The notes below the pieces were generated by a model. It was not told the origin of the DNA and made no database searches. It saw only the letters and a program-made list of their open reading frames with translations. The position numbers and the translations under genes were made by a program. A DNA stretch of 64,000 bases from an uncultured delta proteobacterium (lineage in GTDB: Bacteria > Myxococcota_A > Polyangia > Haliangiales > Haliangiaceae), in the NCBI GenBank assembly GCA_963743525.1, contig CAVUQH010000003.1:864001-928000 (forward strand), in the 5' to 3' direction. Positions 56,067 to 64,000 of the stretch are shown in pieces. Position 1 is the stretch's first letter. Each line of letters opens with the position of its first letter.

Positions 56067-56735
56067 GTGGCCAATTCTCCCAAGTCTCAGAATCCCAAAG
56101 GGATCCTGCTCTTTGCCCAGGAGCCCCGGGAGTTCCCCCAGGAACGGGCGCGCAAGACCTACGAGTCGCTGATCAAGGCTGCGGCCAAGGTGTTCGTCGA
56201 CAAGGGTTTCGACGCCACCCAGACCCCCGACATCGCGTCGGATGCCGGGGTCAGCGTCGGCACCTTCTACCGGTACTTCACCGACAAGCGCGACGTCTTC
56301 CTCGAGATCCTCAAGCGCGATCTGTATCGGTCCTACGGCGAGGTGATGGCCCGGCTGACCCCCGAGAGCTTTCAGGGCGAGGCGCGCCGCGCCACCATCG
56401 AGTCGGTCATCGAGATCCTGCTCGACAACATCACCCGGTCGCCGGGGATGCAGCGGCTGTTCCTCGAGCTGTCGCTGCGCGACCCCGACGTCGCCGCGCT
56501 CAAGCAGGCGTACGACGCCGAGGGTCGCCGCCGGGTGTCCGAGCTGATTGCCGCCATTTGCCCGGAAGAGCTCGTTGCCGATCCCGACGCCACGGCCTAC
56601 ATGATTCACACCGCGGTCGTCGAATGCGCCATTCACATTGCCGGCGCTCGCGGACCGCTGCCGGTGTCGCGCGAGCGTGCGGTCGGGGCACTCACCGAGA
56701 TCATCTACCGCTCCCTCTTCGGCATCGAAGACTGA
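56067..56735 (+). CDS. TetR/AcrR family regulator
   Basis: PQERARKT...IASDAGVSVGTFYRYF; start uncertain. Confidence 0.9.
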   Translation: MANSPKSQNPKGILLFAQEPREFPQERARKTYESLIKAAAKVFVDKGFDATQTPDIASDAGVSVGTFYRYFTDKRDVFLEILKRDLYRSYGEVMARLTPESFQGEARRATIESVIEILLDNITRSPGMQRLFLELSLRDPDVAALKQAYDAEGRRRVSELIAAICPEELVADPDATAYMIHTAVVECAIHIAGARGPLPVSRERAVGALTEIIYRSLFGIED

Positions 56736-56748
56736 CCACGGGGATTCG

Positions 56749-58213
56749 GTGTCCGAAGACAGGGACATCAAGAAGGATGTGAACCGAGGGCTCGCGTGGG
56801 TCGGGCTGGCCAGCTCCAGCGTCGGCCTGCTCGACGCGCTGTCGACCTTCATCCTGCTGGCGATCTCGGATCTCGCCGCACGAATACGGCGCGGCGGCCC
56901 TGGCCATCTCGCTGTTCCCGGTGCTCGACCGCGCCACCGACCTGGGGCTGTCGGCCGCGGTGATCCAGCGCGACGACCACAGCGAGGAGAAGATCTCCAC
57001 GGTCTTCTGGCTCAACGTGATGATGTCGCTGGTGATGTTCGCCGCCCTCGGGCTGGCCATCGCCCCGGGCCTGGCCCATCTGCACCACAACGCCATCATC
57101 GGCGACATGCTCACGGTCTACGGCTTCAAGCTGCTGTGGCAGAACACCTACTTCATGCCGTGGGCGCTGATGACCAGGAAGCTCCGCTTCAAGGAGCTCT
57201 CGGTCATCCGCATCTTCGCCAACCTGGCCGAGTTCGCCGGCAAGATCGGCTTTGCCGCCGCCGGCTTCGGCATCTGGTGCTTCGTCCTGGGGCCGCTGTG
57301 CCGGGTGGTGGTCACCGGCGTCGGCATCCAGATTCGCAACCCGTGGCGGCCCAGGTTCGTGTTCCGCCCGCGCGAGGCGTGGGGCTGGTTCACCTTCGGC
57401 ATGAAGGCCTCGGGCAGCAAGGTGCTCTTCTACCTGTACACCAACGTCGACTACCAGGTCGTCGGCTACTTCTTCGGCGAGACCGCCAACGGCTACTACA
57501 GCCTGGCGTACGTCCTGGTGCTCGAGCCGTGCCGGGTGATCTCGGACGTCATCGTGGCGATCGCCTTCCCCACCTTCTCGCGGCTCAAGAACGCGCGCGA
57601 CAAGGTAGTCGAGCAGTTCATCGCTTTCACCCGCATGAACCTGGTCGTCATGATCGGCTTCCTCGGCATCCTGTTCCTGACCTGTGCCGATGCCATCGAG
57701 CTGTGGAACCCGAAATACCTGCCGGCGGTGACCACCATCAAGATCCTCTGCTTCGTCGGCGTGCTGCGGGCGCTCAGCTTCGTGGTACCGCCGCTGCTCG
57801 ACGGCATGGGCCGCCCGGCGCTGACGCTCATCTACACCACCGTCGCGGCGGTCGTGCTCAGCGGGCTGTTCATCCTGTTCGCGGTGCTCTACGGCGACCG
57901 CCTGCACGAGGTGTCGGTTGCCGTGGCCTGGGCAGTCGGCTACCCGGTGGCGTTCGTGGTCCTGTTCGCCATGGCGCTGACCCTGCTCGAGCTACCGCTG
58001 AAGACCTATCTCCAGCGCTCGGCCGGCATCCCGGCGATGGCGGTGCTGGCCATGCTGCCGGGCGCCGGCGTCCATTACCTGATCGCGTCGCTGCACCCGG
58101 CGCTGCGCCTGGGCATCACCGCGGTCACCGTGGCCGGCATCTTCTTCGTGCTGCTGGCCTACGTCGAGGGGATCAGCCCTCGCTCGGTGACCCGCGCGAT
58201 TCGCGGAGACTGA
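56749..58213 (+). CDS. Second Wzx-type flippase, frameshifted near 56865
   Basis: KKDVNRGLAW N-terminus (frame of 56638) continuing into ORF 56921..58213 with DLGLSAAVIQR, NVDY...GYYSLA. Confidence 0.8.
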
Positions 58214-58529
58214 CTAGAGCGCCGACCGGTTTACGAACGCTCGCCAAATCGCGTATCTGCGTCGCATGGCGGCGTCGCTCATCAGTCGCTGGGGCCCACC
58301 CAACTCCTTCTTCGCTCCTTGCCCTGCTCGCATCTACGCGATTTCGCTTCGCGTCGCAAACCGATCGTCGCTCTGGAGCGCCGACCGGTTTACGAACGCT
58401 CGCCAAATCCGTGTATCTGCGTCGCATGGCGGCGTCGCTCATCAGTCGCTGGGGCCCACCCAACTCCTTCTTCGCTCCTTGCCCTGCTCGCATCTACGCG
58501 ATTTCGCTTCGCGTCGCAAACCGATCTAG
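58214..58529. repeat. Tandem pair of 159-bp hairpin elements (MITE/REP-like) bounded by CTAG/CTGG
   Basis: Copy 1 58214-58376, copy 2 58373-58529, near identical; imperfect terminal inverted repeats CTAGAGCGCCGACCGGTTT / AAACCGATCGTCGCTCTGG. Confidence 0.85.
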
Positions 58530-59110
58530 GCCAGGTCTTTGAAGCTGGTGACCACCTTGTCGAGGAGGCCGAAATCGATCGCCTCCTGCGGGGTGAACCA
58601 GCGGTCGCGGTCGATGGCCCGCTCGATGACCTCTTTGCTCTGCCCGGTCGCCTCGACGTAGAGGTCGACGATCTTGGAGCGGGTGCGGATGATCTCCTTG
58701 GCCTGGATCTCCAGGTCGGCGGCCGGGCCCTGGACCACGCCGTGGATCGACGGCTGGTGGATCAGGATGCGCGCGTTGGTCGTGGCGAAGCGGCGACCCT
58801 TGTCGGCGCACAGGCTGAGGATCGATCCCATCGATGCGGCCAGTCCGGTGACCACGGTGGTCACCGGCGACTGGATCATCTTGACCTGATCCCAGATGGC
58901 GAAGCCCGCGTCGATCGATCCGCCGGGAGAGAAGATGACGAAGGTGATCGGCGCGCCGGGATCCTGGATCTCGAGGTACCAGATCTTGCGGATCATCTCG
59001 GTGGCGGACTCGCTGTCCACGCCTTCGCTGAAGAACAGGCGCCGGTTCTGCAGGAATGCCCGCTCCATCTCGTCGTCGAGGGACGAAGGCTTCGTGGTGG
59101 CCTCGCTCAT
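58526..59110 (-). CDS. clpP: ATP-dependent Clp protease proteolytic subunit
   Basis: SPGG, GLAASMG, IHQP, DRDRW...[17 protein letters not shown]. Confidence 0.93.
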   Translation of the reverse strand: MSEATTKPSSLDDEMERAFLQNRRLFFSEGVDSESATEMIRKIWYLEIQDPGAPITFVIFSPGGSIDAGFAIWDQVKMIQSPVTTVVTGLAASMGSILSLCADKGRRFATTNARILIHQPSIHGVVQGPAADLEIQAKEIIRTRSKIVDLYVEATGQSKEVIERAIDRDRWFTPQEAIDFGLLDKVVTSFKDLA

Positions 59111-59319
59111 CTGACTCTCCTGTCGGATCCTTTGATCGTGAACGTCGCCGCGGCTGCGGCGACAATGAGAAACGTAACGCGCCCGCCGCCCTGCCGCCAA
59201 CCCATCCGATCGGGTAGTCAACGGCCGGATGACGCTTCTCCGGGGCCTCAGGGCTGGTGGCAGAATCCGTTGGATCGTTGGCATTGTGCCGTAGGCTGCC
59301 GGCCGGCTACCGTGGCTGC

Positions 59320-60322
59320 GTGACCCGCCGCATCGCCATCGTCGGCTTCCCCGGGGCGCAATCGCTCGACATCGTCGGTCCGCTGGAGGTGTTCGCCGGC
59401 GCGGACCGGGCCGCCGGTGGCGCGCGCCCCGCCTACCGCGTCGAGCTGCTGGCCCCCGGTGGCGAGCCGATCCTCTGCTCCAGCGGGCTGACGCTGGTTC
59501 CGGACGCCGGCGTGCGCGGTCGCCGCGGCGCCATCGACACCCTGGTGGTGGCTGGCGGCGAGGGCACCCGGCAGGCGATGTCGGACCCCGGACTGCTGCG
59601 GGCGATCGGCTCGCTGGCGCGGCGGTCGCGGCGCGTGACCTCGGTCTGCACCGGCGCGTTCCTGCTCGGCGCCGCAGGGCTGCTCGACGGCCGCCGCGCG
59701 ACCACCCACTGGCGCTGGTGCGATCTGCTGGCCCGCCAGTTTCCCCGCACCCGCGTCGAGCCGGATCGGATCTTCGTCCGCGACGGCGAGCTGTGGACCT
59801 CGGCCGGCGTGACCGCGGGGATGGATCTGGCCCTGGCCCTGGTCGAGGCCGACCTCGGCCGCGACCTGGCCCTCGAGGTCGCCCGTCACCTGGTGGTATT
59901 CGTTCGCCGCTCGGGCGGGCAGTCGCAGTTCTCGGCCCAGCTCGCGGCCCAGGTCGCCGAGCGCGATCCGCTGCGCGACCTGCAGACGTGGATCCAGGAG
60001 CACCCCGACGCCACGCTGTCGGTGCCATCCCTGGCCGCGCGCGCCGGGATGAGCCCGCGCAACTTCGCCCGCGTCTTTCGTCGCGAGGTCGGCGTCACGC
60101 CGGCCGCGTACGTCGAGCAGGTCCGCGTCGAGCTGGCCCGCCGGCTGCTGGAGACCGGCGGCGGATTCGATCGACGAGGTCGCCGCGGCCGCCGGCTTCG
60201 GCACCGCCGAGTCGCTGCGTCGCGCCTTCGCCCGCCGCGTGCGCCTGAGCCCGCGCGAGTACCGCAACCGTTTCCGCCCGGCGCTGGCCGGCGATTCTCC
60301 CCGACCCGGAGGCAACCCATGA
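59320..60322 (+). CDS. GlxA-family (DJ-1 + AraC) regulator, frameshifted near 60160
   Basis: [30 protein letters not shown]; the second HTH ([12 protein letters not shown]...LRRAF...SPREYR) is in another frame ending at TGA 60320-60322. Confidence 0.85.
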
Positions 60323-60973
60323 GCGCTTCGATCGACATCGTCTTCCTGTTGTTCCCCCACGTCACGCCGCTCGACGCCGTCGGCCCGTACGAGGTGCTGT
60401 CGCGCCTGCCCGGCGCCCGCGTGCGTCTGGCGGCGCCGACCGCCGGTCCTCTGCCCGCCGAAGAGGGCGCGCTGGCGCTGGTCGCCGACTCCTGCATCGA
60501 CGACGTATCGCGTGCCGACGTGCTGGTCGTGCCCGGCGGCTGGGGCTCGCGCGCCGTGGCCACCGACGCGCGCGTGCTGGCCTGGGTGCAGCGAATCGAC
60601 ACGACCACGCAGTGGACGTGCTCGGTCTGCACCGGCGCGCTGATCCTCGGTGCGGCCGGACTGCTCGACGGTTCGACGCGCGACCACGCACTGGGCGTGG
60701 CGGGACGAGCTGCCCCGGCTCGGTGCCATCCCGTTGACCGAGCGCGTGGTCACCGATGGCAAGTACATGACGGCCGCCGGTGTGTCGGCTGGGATCGATC
60801 TCGGGCTGACGCTGACAGCGCGCATTGCGGGCGATCCGATCGCGCAGGCGATCCAACTCGGGCTCGAGTACGACCCGCAACCTCCGTTCACGAGCGGGAC
60901 GCCCGAGACCGCGCCACCGATGATCGTGAGCCAGGTGCGGGCCGCCCTGGAGTCGCGAGCCCGGACTATCTAA
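60319..60973 (+). CDS. DJ-1/PfpI family protein (isonitrile hydratase InhA-like), frameshifted near 60672
   Basis: LDAVGPYEVL, VPGG, SVCTGAL, ATTHW, TAAGVSAGID, LEYDPQPPF; GGAGG RBS. Confidence 0.85.
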
Positions 60974-61172
60974 CGCACTGCAATATCAGACTTTAACGAT
61001 AATTAGGTAAGCCGGATCGCGTCGATTGCGTGAGAGTTTACCTGTTGTGCGATGTGCATCACGTGTCCGTGTGAGTGGTCTGCGAATTACAGCTTTTCCG
61101 TTTGTAGAGATGAGTGGGATTCCAGTACAAAGGTGCACCCCTGCCTCACCCCCACACCAGGAGCCCTACACC

Positions 61173-62120
61173 ATGATTCGCATCGCATTGTCCTCGGTCC
61201 TCATCTTCGCCCTCGGCGGCTGTCTCGACATGGACACGCAGGATCTGGGGAGCCAGACGCAGGACGTCCGCAACCCCGATATCAGGCCCAACGGTCACGG
61301 CGGCGGCACCGCGATCAGCTTCGCCAAGGGTGGCGGCAAGGGCGGCGGCGGTGGCGGCGGTGGTCACCACTCCACCAGCAACGGCATCAACTACCACGGC
61401 GGCCCGGTCATGCTCGGGACCACCAACGTTTACTACATCTGGTACGGCACCTGGAACGACGCTTCCGAGCGCGCGGTGCTGACCAACTTCGCCGAGAACA
61501 TCGGCGGCTCCCCCTACTTCAACATCAACACCACCTACTACGACGGCAACAACGCCCACATCTCGAACTCGGTCGCGCTGGCCGGGCAGACCAACGACAA
61601 CTACTCGCGCGGCGCCAGCAACCTGGCCGACAGCGACATCCAGGCCATCGTCACCACCGCCATCAACAGCGGCGCGCTGCCCAGCGATGAGAGCGCGGTC
61701 TACTTCGTGCTGACCTCGGCCGACGTGACCAAGTCCGGCTTCTGCTCCTCGTACTGCGGCTGGCACACCCACATGAGCCTCGGTGGCGCCGACATCAAGT
61801 ACTCGTTCATCGGCAACGCCGAGCAGTGCCCGACCGCCTGCCAGGCGCAGTCCGGCTCGGGCTCGATCAGCGGCTACCAGGGCGCCGACGGCATGGCCTC
61901 GATCATCGCCCACGAGCTCGAGGAAGCGGCCAGCGACCCCGACCTCAACGCCTGGTACGACCGCCGTGGCTACGAGAACGCCGACAAGTGCGCCTGGACC
62001 TTCGGTTCCACGTACAGCGCCGGTGGCGGCGTCGCCAACGTCAACCTGGGTGGCCAGGACTACCTGATCCAGCAGAACTGGGTCAACGCCAGCGGCGGCT
62101 ACTGCGCCATGTCGTACTAG
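61173..62120 (+). CDS. Phi-1/EXORDIUM-like secreted lipoprotein
   Basis: INYHGGPV, YYIWYG, YFVLTSADV, FC..YCGWH, HELEEAASDP, ENADKC, LIQQNW; AGGAG RBS; lipobox LGGC. Confidence 0.8.
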   Translation: MIRIALSSVLIFALGGCLDMDTQDLGSQTQDVRNPDIRPNGHGGGTAISFAKGGGKGGGGGGGGHHSTSNGINYHGGPVMLGTTNVYYIWYGTWNDASERAVLTNFAENIGGSPYFNINTTYYDGNNAHISNSVALAGQTNDNYSRGASNLADSDIQAIVTTAINSGALPSDESAVYFVLTSADVTKSGFCSSYCGWHTHMSLGGADIKYSFIGNAEQCPTACQAQSGSGSISGYQGADGMASIIAHELEEAASDPDLNAWYDRRGYENADKCAWTFGSTYSAGGGVANVNLGGQDYLIQQNWVNASGGYCAMSY

Positions 62121-62140
62121 CTCCTCAGCGATTCGATTCG

Positions 62141-62179
62141 ACGGCGGCCTCGCATCGGCGGGGCCGCCGTTCTTCGTTT
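62141..62179 (+). terminator. Rho-independent terminator
   Basis: ACGGCGGCCTCGC-ATCG-GCGGGGCCGCCGT followed by TCTTCGTTT. Confidence 0.75.
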
Positions 62180-62266
62180 CGGTGAGCGGGCGCGGGCCCA
62201 CGGCTCGGCGTCGATGCGGCAGGCCGTCGGCCACGTGCGCCGCTGCCGGCGTGAGTCGCCGCGCGA

Positions 62267-64000
62267 TCAGCGCAGGCTGACGGTGGCGCTCACGGCGAAG
62301 CAGGCGGGAACCGCGCGACCGTGGTGGCGATACGGCGCGTAGCGCCAGGTGCCGAAGGCGGCTTCGAGCCGGGCGCGGACGTCGTCGCTGACGTTGCTCA
62401 GCACGGTGGTCGAGGTGACGGCACCGTTGCTGTCGATGCACAGCTGCGCGGCGATGCGGTGGGGAACCTCGCCAGCCCGGGCACGCAGTCGCGGCAACGT
62501 GCCGAAGCGCTTGTGCACCGCGTTGGGCGGAACCACGAGTGGTTCGCTGGGGCGACGCGGCTCGGCCGGCGGCGGTTCGCTGGCGATGTCGGTGGCGATG
62601 TGGGGCAGGGCGGCGACGCCGTCGCTGCTGGGCTCGGTCTTGCCCGCGGAGGCCAGCGGCTGGTCGGGCTGATCCAGCGTTGGTGCCTCGACGCGGTGAT
62701 GATGATGGGGCGTGGCGCGGTCGGTCTCGTCGTCGTTCGAGTGCTGGACCACCACCTGTCCGGCGCCGGCGCTGGACACCGGTGCCAGTGCGATGCGCAG
62801 GGTTTGCGTCTCACCGGCCTCGATCTCCAGGGTCGAGCTCCACGGCTTGTAGCCGTCGCGCTTCACCGTCACCGGGTAGCGGCCGGGCGCCAGGTGTGTG
62901 GTCGCCGGCGAGCCCTCGATGCGTGCGGGGTCGCCGCCGGTGATCTCGATGATCGCGTCGGCCGGCTCGACGATCAGGTTGACCTTGGCGGCGGGGACCG
63001 GCGCAGTGGCGGCGCCGGCACCGGCCGAATCTCCGTTGGTGCGCAGCAGGGCGAAGGCGCCGGCGCCCAGCAGCACGGCCGCGGCGACCGCGGCGATCCA
63101 CGCGCGCCGCCGGCGACCGCGTTCGCGGTCGACCAGGCCCGAGCCGATGACAGCGGCGCTCTGCGTGGCAAGCTGCGTGGGGCGGTGCTGCCGAGTGCGC
63201 GCCGGGGTCGTCTGCGCGGCGTGGACCGGGGCGGGTACGTTGGCCTCGCCGGTGACCGAGCCGGGTCGCGGCGGCGCCGTCGGCTGCCGCGGCGGCGCCG
63301 TCGGCGCACGGGGAACCGGCGGTCGCGTGGTCGACCGCGCGACGACCGGCTGGGTCGGGCGCGGGATGACCGGCGCCGTCGGCGGGCGCACGGAGAGCGC
63401 GCCCGTTGGGGTGCGCCCAGCGGGTGCGTCCGGCAGCGGGATGAACGTGTCGGCCCGCTCGGGCGGCCGGGTTTGGGCGCGCCGCTGTGCCGGCGGCAGC
63501 GGCGGTGCGCTGCTGGCCCGCGGCGCCCGTGGCACCCGCGCCGGTACCGGCATCGACGCCGGCGTCTGCGGTGGCGGGCCCAGCGCGAACGGATCGAACG
63601 ACAGCTCTACGTCTTCGTCTCCTTCGACGCCCGGCGGCTGCGTGCCGGTGGCCCAGCTGCGCGGCGCCGTCGACGTGCGCGGTGGTGGCGGCGCCGGCGT
63701 GATCAGCGTGCGCTCGCGCCCGGGCGCAACAGCGGCCAGCGCGCCGGATGGCGTCGAAGAACCAATGCGCGCGCTGACGTCGGGCACCTCGTCGAGGACC
63801 ACCGCCTGGTTCTGGCTGCGGCCGCCCCAGGCGATCTCGATGATCTCCTCGTCCTCTTCGGCGGTGGGCAGCGCCACGCCCTGGACCGGCATCCGCGACG
63901 GACCGGTCGGCGGCGTCAGCAGCGACACCGCGTGCTCTCCCTCGCCGATCTCGATCACCATCGACGGATCGCTCGAATGCGGCTGCGGCGTCTCGACCAC
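62267..64000 (-). CDS. Pro-rich membrane protein with PEGA and TonB C-terminal-like domains (5' end outside window)
   Basis: TM helix, PEGA VEPADA...GRY.V.VKRDGY, C-terminal LCIDSNGAV...WRYAPY...VPAC. Confidence 0.75.
   Translation of the reverse strand: MVETPQPHSSDPSMVIEIGEGEHAVSLLTPPTGPSRMPVQGVALPTAEEDEEIIEIAWGGRSQNQAVVLDEVPDVSARIGSSTPSGALAAVAPGRERTLITPAPPPPRTSTAPRSWATGTQPPGVEGDEDVELSFDPFALGPPPQTPASMPVPARVPRAPRASSAPPLPPAQRRAQTRPPERADTFIPLPDAPAGRTPTGALSVRPPTAPVIPRPTQPVVARSTTRPPVPRAPTAPPRQPTAPPRPGSVTGEANVPAPVHAAQTTPARTRQHRPTQLATQSAAVIGSGLVDRERGRRRRAWIAAVAAAVLLGAGAFALLRTNGDSAGAGAATAPVPAAKVNLIVEPADAIIEITGGDPARIEGSPATTHLAPGRYPVTVKRDGYKPWSSTLEIEAGETQTLRIALAPVSSAGAGQVVVQHSNDDETDRATPHHHHRVEAPTLDQPDQPLASAGKTEPSSDGVAALPHIATDIASEPPPAEPRRPSEPLVVPPNAVHKRFGTLPRLRARAGEVPHRIAAQLCIDSNGAVTSTTVLSNVSDDVRARLEAAFGTWRYAPYRHHGRAVPACFAVSATVSLR

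Noticed and set aside
58214..58529. CRISPR array
   Set aside because: Only two 159-bp units, no unique spacers and no cas genes.
59257..60996. Apparent 579-aa GlxA/DJ-1 fusion in the ORF track
   Set aside because: It is produced by frameshifts. The proper AraC C-terminus and its stop (60320-60322), an RBS with ATG at 60319, and the DJ-1 C-terminus in another frame show two ordinary genes.
63270..63310. Short tandem DNA repeat
   Set aside because: It encodes PTAPPR twice within a low-complexity Pro-rich linker.

Overview
This is a very GC-rich (about 70% by eye) bacterial window with typical Myxococcota hallmarks: an FHA-sigma54 activator, three Hanks-type Ser/Thr kinases, a MYXO-CTERM protease, PEGA/TPR proteins and many Cys-rich lipoproteins. 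The taxonomy is an inference. About 50 CDSs are supportable. They cover housekeeping genes (gdhA, cysK, ettA, clpP, panE, an M16 peptidase pair, a CPA1 antiporter), Wzx/Wzy/OPX polysaccharide genes, a hepta-heme cytochrome, secreted hydrolases and an accessory stretch at about 36-45 kb. No rRNA, tRNA, CRISPR array or transposase was recognised. The best find is at 17.6-19.5 kb: two tandem DsbA-like lipoprotein paralogs. The first has an in-frame UGA exactly at the first Cys of the CxxC motif (U-P-F-C), followed by a bacterial SECIS-like hairpin, so it is a probable selenoprotein that the ORF track splits in two. The second is its Cys version (C-P-F-C). Each gene has its own copy of a shared BlaI/MecI/CopY-like operator, and the first operator lies in the gap before a divergent copper type II monooxygenase gene. 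Other notable items are a tandem CTAG-bounded 159-bp hairpin element between convergent genes, two sigma54 promoters with enhancer-like palindromes, an orphan duplicated gene 3' end and a possible toxin/immunity pair. Several single-base frameshifts in otherwise intact genes point to indel errors in the assembly.
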